From NCBI RefSeq assembly GCF_009914755.1, contig NC_060927.1: 64,000 nt of DNA. One strand, 5' to 3'. The notes beneath the pieces are model-generated. The model saw nothing but the letters and a program-made list of their open reading frames with translations, ran no database searches and had not been told where the DNA came from. Positions 34,762 to 47,080 of the stretch are shown piece after piece; the first letter of the stretch is position 1; every line of letters begins with the position of its first letter. The stretch is from the human T2T-CHM13v2.0 reference genome, Homo sapiens. The translations under genes and the position numbers were made by a program.

Positions 34762-35530
34762 CTGGAGACACAGAAGACACAGATCCAGAGGGTTAGTGTC
34801 CTGAAGGAACAAATGCTGCGGGGGATAGTAATTCAAACTTCCCCTTGCAAACTGTTCACCTTCTTATGTACCCAGGTGCTCCTGTGCATCCAGAGAGCTC
34901 AGCTGGGACCCTCTACTTAACCCTGAAGGGCAGCCCAAGGGGCAAGGAAGGACTGAGCCCCCAGGTCCTCCTTTCCACCCTGACTTGGCACTCTAGAAAA
35001 CCAGGATGAAGCTTGTTTCCAAAAAGGATACTCACTGACTCAGATACGAGATGAAAAAGGCGCACTTCCTCTGGGAAGTCTTCACTTATGCTACTTAGTG
35101 GAGGAGGGGAAAGACATCCAGATCGTATTACTGTATGTGGTATTTTGCAAATAATGAAGCATTTTAACTGGCTCCATCAGAGCCCTTTCCACATTACAGT
35201 TCCAATCGTCCAGGAGGGCTTGCGTTCAGTTCAAAAGGCACTGGACACCTGAATCAGGAGATCTGTATCCTGGAACAGTAAAGGCTGACAGCCCAGAGGG
35301 AAGAGGTGTCATCCCTTCATCACACAGGAGGATGTCGGATGCACACTCTCCCCTGCCTGGTTGCTGCTGGCTTTTTCCCGGCCAACGTCTACAACTTGAC
35401 ATATCTCGCTGCTTAAATTTTCCATCTTAGAAACCTTTACTCAAGAAAACTGGTTTTAGTGTTTAGTTTTTAGTGGCTCTGTGTGAGAGAGGTCACACTG
35501 TCCCATATGCTAAGGTTGGCCAGCCATTTA

Positions 35531-35927
<397 letters not shown>

Positions 35928-37539
35928 TCAGCAATCAGAAGAGGGGATGTGAGGGATGTCTTCAAGTATTTAGAAATACTGGCAATTCACAAATTACTTA
36001 TTATGTGGGATAAAAAATTATTCTTCATTTCTCCAATTTCTAGTCTGTTTTTATTGACATAAGCTAATTTAGTTTTTTCTTTTTTCAGAAAATGAGAAAA
36101 CGAATATTCTTCTACCTTAGTATAATTTTTTACATGGTAAAATCATATTTTAAGAAAGAAGTCTTTGAAATAATTTTAATAAAAACGTTCTTGAAAATTT
36201 TGTAAAGTGCCCTATTAACATAGGTAATAGCACCAATAAAAACAGTACATTATACCAAATGTAAGTAGAAACAGTGAGATCACTAAATGTTTATTCGTTC
36301 TTTCTAGGATGTTGATGTGGAATACACACTGCCCACCCCCCACCACACACACACAGCTGGCTTAAAAGGGGCAGCTACTATAACACAATCTTGAACAAAT
36401 CATCACGCCATCCCCCTGGGGAAAAGGACACTAACCCTCTGCATCTAAATCTCATCTGGGGCAGATTTTTGAATCTGGAAAGCCCAACTTCAAGCCAATG
36501 TCAGTCTTTAGATAAAACTCAAAACTACTTTTGACACAAAACTAGTCTTTTGTGCCAATTATTAATTTTTTAGGAGAAACTATCAAACATTTCCTCTAAG
36601 AAAAAAAATGGGGAACATATAACTAAAAGGAATACTTAGACCTTGCTTAACAATACAGAATTTCAGATGACTGAATCAGGAGGTGGAGGGGGAAAAGTAA
36701 CAAGTGCAGAGACATTCATATCCGAAATCTAGCAAAGTAAGGGTCCCTCATCGAATAAAATGCACCTATAAATCATGAGCAAGAACGAATCTGCATGTAC
36801 AACCTACACAATCACAAAAGCAGCCAACGAAGAACCCAAAAACGCACGACTTTCTGTAGGAAAAGCTACCTTCATCAAGATAAAAAGACTTTTACAAAAC
36901 CCAAGACTAAATTTTGGTTCCATTTTGCTATCTTGCCATCTGGTCTGAGGTGCCTGGGGCCTTAGTCTGCAGAAGGAACACTGGGCACCATCTGGGTTGG
37001 GGACAAAGGCACTGGCTCTATCTAGCTTCTCTCCAACCACAAGCTACCACTGCCCCTAAAAAGTCCCACTGACCATGGGCTTCACCTCCTGCTTGTGGAC
37101 GCCCTCCCAGCAGCTCCTAAGAGCCCAAGATGCGGCGGGGGTCTCTGCTCAGTCAGCACCAACCACAGCAACACGCTAGAACGGTTTACACGCTTTCCGA
37201 TGTTGACAGGATGGCTGTATGACTAATCCTCACATTTAATTCAAAGAGATTTTCAATAACTATTTCAAAAAGGAGAAAATTGCACAATCACAGGCATAAT
37301 TCAAATCAATATTGCTGAATGCCTTGGTTCCTATTGAGATTTTTACTCTGCAATTTAAAATTACTTTGTAATTAAGAGGTGGGTGGCTAAGTTCATTTAA
37401 AAGAACCAAACAACTAAACCTATCCAATTTCGCTTGATTAAATAAAATCCTAGAAGGCCGATTCTGAAGATGCAATCGTAGAGGGCACACTCAGACACTC
37501 AGAGAGCAAGGGCTCAGGGAAGTATAACCCTGACCATCA

Positions 37540-38880
37540 TCCTGGACTAAGCCGAGCCCGGCCCTCGAGGTACTCAGCGCACAGGCAAGCACAGGTCCTG
37601 GAGTCCTCGCTCGGTCAGTGCCCTGAGCTCTCCGTCTGATTTTTAAAAACTGGCACAGCTGCTTTTAAACACCGGCACATTTTTGTGGCACAAGGGCCAC
37701 CAAACGGGACCCAAAGTACAGGTCCTTAACTTCCAAGATCCCGAAGTGGACATGCACAGATTTGCGCTCTCTGGAAAGGGGAACTGCAAGCCCAAGCTCG
37801 GGCGCGCCGCGCTTCCCACCGGACACCCACCCGGCCGAGCCCGGCCACTCCTCGCACCCACCCAGGCGGTTTCACCCGCCCCGCCGGCCCCACCCACGGG
37901 CTGCGGGCGGCCCCGCAGGACAACCCTCACAGAGGGCGGCAGAGGCCCGGCCCAGCCAGGACTCCACCCCGGTGACCTTGGGCAGACACGACTCCTCCCC
38001 GAGTCCACCCGCCAGGCAGAGGCGAGGGGCTACCTCAGCCCGCGAGGTCGCCGGACCCCAGGCCCGGACCAAAGCGGCGGAGGGGACGCCCAGCAAGCCC
38101 GCGGGGTCGCGACCTTCACCGGGACGCGGCCTACCTGCTAAGGACCGAGCTCCCCAGGCCCCCGAGTACACTCCGCGGCTCCCCCTCGCACCGGCCCAGG
38201 GCTCTCCCAGCCCCTTCCCGATCCCCGGGCAGGGGGCGCGGGGACCCGGCGCCCGCTCCGCTCGGACCCGCTGGGGACCGTCCCGCTCCTACCGCCGCCT
38301 CGCCCCCCGCCTGCCCTGCCCCGGTCCGCGGCAGGGACTCACAGCCTTGGCCAGCGCCAGCGCCAGGCGCCGAGCGCTTGGCAACCGCGACAGGCCCCGG
38401 ACCCCCGACACGTCTGTAGTCGCCGCCGCGCAGTCCCGCCAGTCCCTGCGCAGACTGCGCCTGCGCACAACGCCCGGGTCAAGGCGGGGCGCTAGTGGGG
38501 GACATTGCGCCTGCGCACCACGCCACGCCCGGGCCGGGGTCTAAGGGGAGGGGACGCCGCGCCTGCGCAAAGCGGACCCGCGGACGGTGGCGCTGGGTGG
38601 ACACGGAGGTCCCGCGCTCCCCGACCGAGATAGGGCGGGCCCTATTTCGGAGAGGTGTTTGGCACCAACATTTTTTAAAGCCCCGTGGGTGGTTCTCCGG
38701 GATCTCCCAGACCGAGAGGGCCTGAACGTCCAGACCTCAGGGAATGGGGTCGAAGGGGCGGCGCTCGTCCGCGGAGGTGGGCGGGAGCGGCCCGGGGCCT
38801 CCGGCCTCTAGAGAGCGGGAGTGACCCTCGGTTTCTGGCCTCCGAGGGGCGGGAGCGATCCTCAGCCATGTCCCTAGTCT
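37540..38880. promoter_or_regulatory. CpG island / duplicated SDHA(-CCDC127) bidirectional promoter with three NRF1-like sites
   Basis: Very GC- and CpG-dense. YGCGCCTGCGCA occurs at 38456-38467, 38506-38517 and 38558-38569, with GC boxes (GGCGGGGC ~38483, GGGCGGG ~38633). SDHA is known to lie head-to-head with CCDC127. Confidence 0.8.
38343..38450 (-). pseudogene. SDHA: SDHA-like exon 1 (5'UTR plus mitochondrial presequence start)
   Basis: Minus strand reads GAC GTG TCG GGG GTC CGG GGC CTG TCG CGG ... CTG GCG CTG GCG CTG GCC AAG GCT|gtgagt. GTG (38409-38411) replaces the ATG and there is an extra GCGCTG, giving 69 coding nt versus 63 recalled for SDHA. The 5' end is approximate. Confidence 0.9.
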
Positions 38881-39509
38881 CTGGCTTGCGGCTGATTTTT
38901 AAATTTTTTGTAGAGGCCGGATCTTGCTCTGTTGCCCAGGCTGGTCTCGAACTTGTGGCCTCAAGCGATCCTCCCTCCTCGGTCTCCCGAAGTGCGGGGA
39001 TTACAGACAGAGCCACTGCGCACGGCCGTGGTCAGCTTTGAAAGCTGGGTAGATCCCTTTGGCTCATACGCCTTTCTGCTAGCTTACCCTGATTCTGCTT
39101 CTGGTTCAGATAGTATTTTAATATTTCTAGTGTGTCTTTTTGTAAGATACCTGAAATCTTTTTGTGGAATGAAGTGGCATGAAAAATAAACCAATAATCA
39201 TTAGTAAGTATGTTTCCTGTCTTTTCACTTTATTAAAATCTTCGTCTTGTGCATCATGTTTAACAATTTTATTTTAATAAATTTGCAAGGGTTCAGTCCC
39301 ATTTTATTGATATTTGGGTTGTTTCCCATTTTTGCTCTTAATAACACCGTACAGAACATATTTGTGACCATAACTTTCTCTTTAGGATTATTTTTTTAGA
39401 TGTATGCCCCAGACGTGGCCTTTATTGGCTTGCAGGGAATGAACATCATACCTCCTAGACTTATTTTTTTAAAGTTACGCTGTTTTAGTCCTGGGTTAGT
39501 TACCTAATT

Positions 39510-39680
39510 TTGTTTGGTTTGAGACGGAGTTTCGCTCTTGTTGCCCAGGCTGGAGTGGAATGGCGGGATCTCGGCTCACCGCAACCTCTGCCTCCAGGGT
39601 TCAAGACATTCTCCCGCCGAGCTTACAGTGAGCAGAGAGGGCACCACTTCACTCCAGCCTGGGCAACAGAGCAAGACTAT
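39510..39680. mobile_element. Chimeric inverted Alu/Alu fragment pair
   Basis: An antisense Alu 3' part (to ..ttctcccgcc, ~39618) is fused to a sense Alu 3' end (gagcttacagtgagcagag..gagcaagact). Confidence 0.8.
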
Positions 39681-40329
39681 ATTGCTTTAATTTACTCTGC
39701 CGGCTATCTGGAGAGATGCAACCTCATCAGCAGAAATTATTTCCACTTGCTGCTTTTTAAATGTTATTTCCTATAGCCAGGTACTGAGCCCTTCAATTGA
39801 GGTCTAAACCCTCCACCCTCTCCCTCCGGGATTGCCAAGCCTGTGGTTTCAGTTCCATGCTCCCAGGTAGATTATGTCAACTCAAAGTCAATGCGCTTAT
39901 GAAATACTTTTTGTGGTTTTTTTCTTAATTTTAAGAGTTTTTTTTTTAAAATATGTTTTTGTTTCATGGAGGCGACACCCTCTGTCTCTGAGTTGTGGGA
40001 GCCTTCCTCCTTCAGTCTGCATGTACTGAAGCCAGTGTTTGCCGTACAGCCCCTCAGCCGCAGCAGCCCACAGTGAGGTGCAGGTGCTCACGCCATCGCC
40101 CCAGAGAGCTCCTCCATTCGCCCCTCCACCCGTAGCCCCTCGAAACCACTGCCCTGCTCCCCGACACGGTACACTGTCTTCTCCAAGATGTCATGTGTTG
40201 GCATCCTTTGGCCTGTGCCCACCGAAACTAGCTTCCTTCAACGGGCATGTAGCCTGGGAGACCTGGCGCATTTGGGTGCATCTTTCCACCGCTGGTTGGT
40301 GTCCCCTATGTGGAAGCATCCGCGTTGGT

Positions 40330-41100
40330 TCACGCCTTCTCCTGCTCCTGCCGACGGACATTTTGTTTTCTTCCAGTTATTGGCAATGAGGAATGAGGCC
40401 TAAACACTTGTGTGCAGGTTTGTGTGTGCACGTTTAAGTTTTCCCTTGGGGGACATTTCAGCAGTGGGGTTGCTGGATGACATGGTAAGGATGTGCTTAA
40501 CTTCGTAAGAAACTCCCGGACCACTTTCCAGCATGGCGGGACCCCTCCCATTCCCACTGCAGCTTATGAGGGTCCCAGTTCCTCTGCATCATCACTAGAA
40601 CCTGGGTTGGCCCATGGGTTTTGTCTGTTTTTAGCCATTTTCATGGATTTGCAGAGGTACTGCTGACTGGCATTTCTCCAGCATCTCTATGATGTTGAGC
40701 CTCTTTCTCGGGCAATATGCCCTCCTTATACCTTCTTTGATGAGGCCTCCGTTCCAATATTGGCCCTCTCTTTAATACTGGGGTTTTTACTTTCTTATGG
40801 TTAAGTTTTGATGGTTCTTCATATATCCTGCGTGCCAGTAGGTTGTGAGACGTGTGATTCACAAATGTTTATTTCTAGACCATAGTTTGTGTTTCATTCT
40901 CTTTGGATTTTTATATTGCTTTATAGAATTATAATTTTAAATTTATGACATTTAATTTGTCAATCTTATGAATCATGCTTTTGGTGTCATGTCTAAGAAC
41001 TTTTCGCCTAACCCCAGGCCATACGAATTTTCCCCTGTGTTTTTAGCTAAGGGTTTGATAGCGTTAGGTTCTCCATTTAGGCCTTTAATAAATGTTGAGT
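40330..41100 (-). mobile_element. Degenerate old L1 fragment
   Basis: ggggttgctggatgacatggtaagg..ttttccagcatgg..atgaatcatgcttttggtgtcatgtctaagaac is L1M-type antisense sequence. Confidence 0.6.
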
Positions 41101-41995
41101 AACATTTTGTGACCGCCATGGCCATACCTTTCTCCATCTCTTACGGTATCGGGGGCATTTGCAGCTCCCAGTGCGCCGTGCTCTTCCCGTCTTCTTGGTC
41201 CGCTCCACCTGTCATACCTTTCTCCGTCTCTCACAGTATCGTGGGCGTTTGCAGCTCCCAGTGCCCCGTGCTGTTCCCGGCTTCTTGGTCCGCTCTTCCT
41301 GTGAGTTCCAGGGCACGTCTTAGTGCTGGCGCTGTCCTGGTCCATCAAGGGGTCCCATGAGCTTGTCCGTGTGGGAAGGTTGGGACTGTGATGTTGACGG
41401 GATGCCCTGTGAGTCAGGAGGAGGTGCTGACGGGGGTTTCCATGTAGGAGAGAGAGGTGTTTGGTTTTCCGGATGGGGCAGACTTGAGAGGGGACAAACT
41501 TGAGAAATGCCACCAATGAGAAGGGCAGGCACAGCAGGTCTCGGGGCCGCCCAGCCGTGTGGGAGCCAAACGTGGATGTGTCAGTGGCCACGCCAGGAGG
41601 TAAACCCTCAACCAAGGGCCTCTGGGTGTCCAAGACCAAGTCTTGCTCAAGAGGTGCGTTCAGCTGAGCCAACCATGGCAGAAATGCATAAGGGAGATCC
41701 CACGGTTCCTCTGTTTAAATCCCCTGCTAATCCCACCAGTCTCAGAGAAGCAGCCAAGTCCTCACAGCAGCCTGCAACCCCCGCCTGACTCAGCCTCCTC
41801 TTGGCTCTGATTCTCTGTACCCTTCTATCCCTGTCTCTTCTTCCATCAGAGAGGAGATCCGGCACGTTTATCCTGGTGGATTCAAACCCATCTTTGCCCC
41901 ACATATAGTCACCGGAATGAATAGGTATAATCTAGAAACAGTCCTTTTGAAAAAGAAAAACGCAGGCCGGGCATGGTGGCTCATGCCTATAACCC

Positions 41996-42998
41996 TGCAG
42001 GGACCAGCCCCACAGGGTCGGTGGGTCTCTCCCTGTGTGCGGCGACGAGAGTGTAGAAATAAAGACACAAGACAAAGAGATAAGAGAAAGGGCAGCTGGG
42101 CCCGGGGGGCCACTACCACCAATGCGCGGAGAACGGTAGTGCCCCGAATGTCTGGCTGCGCTGTTATTTATTGGATACAAGGCAGAAGGGGCAGGGTAAA
42201 GAATGTGAGTCACCTGCAATGATAGGTAAGGTCACGTGGGTCACGTGTCCACTGGACAGGGGGCCCTTCCCTGCCTGGCAGCCGAGGCAGAGAGGGAGAG
42301 GAGACAGAGAGAAAGACAGCTTATGCCATTATTTCCGCATATCAGGGACTATTAGTATTTTTACTAATTTACTACTGCTATCTAGAAGGCAGAGCCAGGT
42401 GTACAGGATGAAACATGAAGGCGGACTAGGAGCGTGACCACTGAAGCACAGCATCACAGGGAGACGGTTAGGCCTCCGGATAACTGCAGGCGAGCCTGCC
42501 TGATGTCAGGCCCTCCACAAGAGGTGGAGGAGCAGAGTCTTCTCTAAACTCCCCCGGGGAAAGGGAGACCCCCCCCCCCCCCGCCCTTTCCCGGTCTGCT
42601 AAGTATCGGGTGTTGTTCCTTGACACCTTTTGCTATCCGCCTGGTAACGGGCGTCTTCACAGACGCTGGCATCACCGCTAGACCAAGAAGCCCTCTGGTG
42701 GCCCGGTCCGGGCATAACAGAAGGCTCGCACTCTTGTCTTCTGGTCACACCTCACTATGTCCCCTCAGCTCCTATCTCTGTATGGCCTGGTTTTTCCTAC
42801 ACTATGATTATAGAGCGAGGATTATCATAATATTGGAATAAAAAGCAATTGCTACAAACTAATGATTAATGATATTCATATATAATCATATCTAAGATCT
42901 ATATCTGGCATAACTATTCTTGTTTTATATTTTATTATACTGGAACAGCTCGTGTCCTCTGTCTCTTGCCTCGGTGCCTGGGTGGCTTGCCACCCACA
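41996..42998 (-). mobile_element. LTR13 solo LTR (ERVK class) inserted into an Alu
   Basis: The minus strand starts TGTGGGTGGCAAGCCACCCAGGCACCGAGGCAAGAGACAGAGGACACGAGCTGTTCCAGTATAATAAAAT; length ~1.0 kb; 6-bp TSD TAACCC/TAATCC. The Alu is split into 41965-41995 and 42999-43250. Confidence 0.85.
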
Positions 42999-44614
42999 TA
43001 ATCCCAGCACTTTGGGAGGCTGAGGTGGGAGAATCACCTGAGGTCAGGAGTTTCAGACCAGCCTGGACAACATAGTGAAAACCCATCTGTAGTAAACATA
43101 TAAAAATTAGCTGGGCATGGTGGTGTGTGCCTGTAATCCCAGCCACTTGGGAGGCTGAGGCAGGAGAATCATTTGAACCCAGAAGATGGAGGTTGCAGTG
43201 AGCTGAGATCACATCCAGCCTGGGTGACAGAGTGATATTCTGTCTCAAAAACATAGTAATAGGAATAATAAAGGAAAAGTGCAAAAATTCAAACAACTTA
43301 ACAGAAACTGGGCAAAAGAGCTGAACCGGCCCTCCACAGAAGAGGAAATGTGGAGGAATGGCTAATGAAAACATGAAGAGGGGCTCAGCCTAACAGGGGG
43401 AGATATCACGTGACAACCACCAGACGGGCAAAAATCCCACCACCCAATCCATGCCAGCGTTGGGGAGAATGGAGAGAAGCAGGAACAACAGGCACTGCTA
43501 ACGCTTGTGAAGTATATTTCTGCTATGCTTGTATATGAAAGAGTGTGTGTTGTGGGTTATGAGGAAAATTACATTTTTACCTGGGATGAAATTTTAAAAT
43601 TTGAAAGCTACTGACCAGAAGAAACTTGCGCTTGTGTACAAAAGAAATGCCCAAGAACGTTCCCAACAAAACACAGTCCTAAGGGCCCCAACCTGGCCAA
43701 ACACTCATCCACGGGAAGATGAAGACATTTCCCATGCTCCCCTCAGACGACGGGAGACCATGCAGCAATGAAAATGAGCCATGTCAGTGTGGGTGGGTCT
43801 CAGGGAGAGAATGGAGGACAAAAATAGACACAGAGCAGGTGCTCAGAGCCATGCAGTGCAGGAGCAGCCACGCAGGAGAATTCCCTCACGTCAAAGTTCA
43901 AAACTACAGCCGAGGCAACAGAGCAAGACCCTGCCTCAAAAAGAAAACAGAAAGTTCAAAAACTAAATGGCATATCTTTTAGGGATGTACACACACGGTG
44001 AAAGAAACATACTATGAAGGTAAGTGTGCAAATAATAAAGACTAAAGCAGGAAATGATTCCCTCCGTAGGAGAAGGGAAGGGACTGGGACTCAGGCAGGG
44101 CCTCCAGGGAGCATCCAAAGCTATGTCTCTTCAGATTCTACTCCCTAAACTTGGTGGAGGTCCTCTGTGTCCAATGTGTCAATATTCTTTATACCTTAAC
44201 CATACTGTACAAATGCTTTATTTCTATTCAATATTTAGAAGACAGTTATAAACAAGATGCATTCAATAGCATGGTGGCAGATGAACATCAGGAAGGAACA
44301 TCCATGAGCTTCCATCCACGGAACCTCACCATGGATACGCTTGTGATCAAGGGCCTGGTCTCCCCTCAAGACACGGTCACAGATCAGAGGCCACACCATC
44401 CTAGCAGTGGAGCAGGACCAGCTGGGACAGGGTCCTTCTGTGACACCTGCTGCATCACCAGGCTGGGTGAACGGACACAATTGCCAGAACTCACAGAATA
44501 GAAGTATCAGCACCGAAACCTCACAGGAAAAATGGTAAGTTCTAAGTTTCTCCATTAATAGTAACTCTCAGATTAATCTGTCATCCATCGCTTCTCCAAG
44601 AAATGACTTTTTAG

Positions 44615-46860
44615 GGTGATGTGCCAGGCGCCATGTTGGAGGGCTGGTGGTAGCGGCTTGGGGAGGTGCTCACTCTGTCGGTCTCACTCTCTCACACGCT
44701 TCCCCTGGCTCCCTTCGTTCCCCCCCACCCCACTTGGCCTGCGTGCTGGAGGGTGTGCGAGGGAGTGGGAGGATGTCGGGGGGTGGGGGGAGGCGTTCCG
44801 GTCCCCAAGAGACCCGCGGAGGGAGGCGGAGGCTGTGAGGGACTCTGGGAAGCCATGGACGTCGACAGGCTCCAGGAGGCGCTGGAAGATTTTGAGAAGA
44901 GGCAAAAAAGAAAGTCTGTCCTGTCCTGGATCAGTTCCTTTGTCATGTAGCCAAGACTGGAGAAACAGATTCAGTGGTCCCAATTTAAAGCCTATTTTAT
45001 TTTCAAACTGGAGAAAGTGATGGATGATTTCAGAACTTCAGCTCCTGCGCCAAGAGGTCCTCCCAACCCTAAAGTCGAATATATTCCCTTTGATGAAACA
45101 AAGGGAAGAATACTGAAAACTGTCACTGGATTTAACCGTATCCCTTTTACTATTCAGCGACTATGTGAATTGTTAACAGATCCAAGGAGAAACTATACAG
45201 GAACAGACAAATTTCTCAGAGGAGTAGAAAAGAACGTGATGGTTGTTAGCTGTGTTTATCCTTCTTCAGAGAAAAACAATTCCAATAGTTTAAATCGAAT
45301 GAATGGTGTGATGTTTCCTGGAAATGCACCAAGCTATACTGAGAGGTCTAATATAAATGGGCCTGGGACACCCAGGCCACGTAATCGACCAAAGGTTTCT
45401 CTGTCAGCCCCCATGACAACAAATGGGTGGCCTGAGAGCACAGACAGCAAAGAGGCAAATTTGCAGCAAAATGAAGAGAAAACTCACAGTGACTCTTCGA
45501 CATCTGAATCAGAAGTTTCCTCAGTGAGCCCTTTGAGAAATAAACATCCAGATGAAGATGCTGTGGAAGCTGAGGGGCATGAGGTAAAAAGACTCAGGTT
45601 TGACAAAAAGGCTAAGTCGGAGAAACAGCCAGTCAAGAGACTTGCAGCGAAATTTCTTCAGTTATGGTAGAAGAAACAGAAGCATCACCTTCATCTCACG
45701 ATAAAGACAAAGAAAGCCGTGGTACCCGGCAGCGCGTTCAGAAGAAGATGAAGATGAAGAGGAAGAAGAAGTGATTGAGAGACCATCTGTAAAAGGGAGG
45801 AGTAAGGAGATCCTCAAATTCTTGCATTCATTGTTTTCGTGAAAGAACTGTACATCATGGAACTCCTTGTAATGTCGACGCTGGGCTTTTCTCCCACCTG
45901 TATGCAGTTGCTGCTGAATTTCAGGGGATGTGATTTGAACTACAGAACATCAGAATTCACGAAACTTAACTGTGGAGGTATTTTGAATATAAAATTTAAG
46001 TACAACAACATTTGCTTATTTTTAGAGTCTTTTATGACATCAAGAGAAATGGTCCCAGAAAGAAAAAACCAAGAAAAAGAATCTGATGATGCCTCAACTG
46101 TGAATGAAGAGACTTCTGAGGAAAATAATGAAATGGAGGAATCTGATGTGTCTCAAGCTGAGAAAGATTTACTACATTCTGAAGGTAGTGAAAACGAAGG
46201 CCCTGAAAGTAGTGGTTCTTCTGACTGCCGTGAAACAGAAGAATTAGTAGGATCCAATTCCAGTAAAACTGGAGAGATTCTTTCAGAATCATCCATGGAT
46301 AATGATGACGAAGCCACAGAAGTCACCGATGAACCACTGGAACAAGACTATTTAGAAACATTTACATGCAATATTTTACACACAGTTCTGGTTTTAACAC
46401 TGTATAAAACTTTTATGTAAAAAAGTGCACCTTTAGTTTTAAAAGTAAAGCAGGTTGTAAAATAAAGTACTTTATGGATAATTCCTGAAAGAGTTGTCCA
46501 TGTAAGAACTGTGAATATCAGCTCCTCTGGGTCCTGCTTACCTTACCGCTGATTTCTCTTTCTTTCTTTCTTTCTTTCTTTCTTTGGTCTGGGCAAATCA
46601 GTGGTTTGTGTATAGATTTTTTTTTTTTTAATTTAGGATTAAAGTTTTTAAACTGGAAAGTAATTATAATTTTGAACAGTTTTTTGAGATTATCACATTT
46701 AGTTTATACATATGCAAGAAGCTTTTTGTCTTGTGTCTTTCTGATAGCTCCAGCAGTTTTCATATTTTGGTCATAGTTTCAACATTTTAACATGTGAATA
46801 ATAGAGTTTCATGCTGGTTTCCAGATTTTGTTGTTCGGATACATACAATAGAACCTTAAG

Positions 46861-46922
<62 letters not shown>

Positions 46923-47080
46923 CTAAGGGGGAAAATGTTATATTTTTCTGTTTGTATAAGAGATAAATACAGTGGATACTTTTTCTATTGGTAATGACTG
47001 AGTTCACCTCTTTCAGAAGACATTTTCTTTCTCTTCTCAGTAACTGAAATAAAATCTGGCCTTTGTGAAACCCTGGAAAT
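44615..47080 (+). pseudogene. PPP4R2: PPP4R2 retrocopy (processed pseudogene, one intron-like segment retained)
   Basis: ATG at 44855 gives [19 protein letters not shown] 45017..45670 ([46 protein letters not shown]..) and 46026-46348 ([18 protein letters not shown]) match recalled PPP4R2. Coding exons are contiguous; frameshifts lie near 44903, 44969 and 45610, with TAG at 44948. A GC-rich 5'UTR and AT-rich 3'UTR with AATAAA at 47048 are present. Confidence 0.92.
46862..46918. repeat. (TA)n microsatellite in the PPP4R2 retrocopy 3'UTR
   Basis: Perfect TA run of ~28 units. Confidence 0.95.

Noticed and set aside
37643-39041. Long GC-rich ORFs (e.g. 260 aa at 37762..38544)
   Set aside because: Stop-poor CpG-island sequence giving Pro/Arg/Ala/Gly-rich translations in several frames on both strands.
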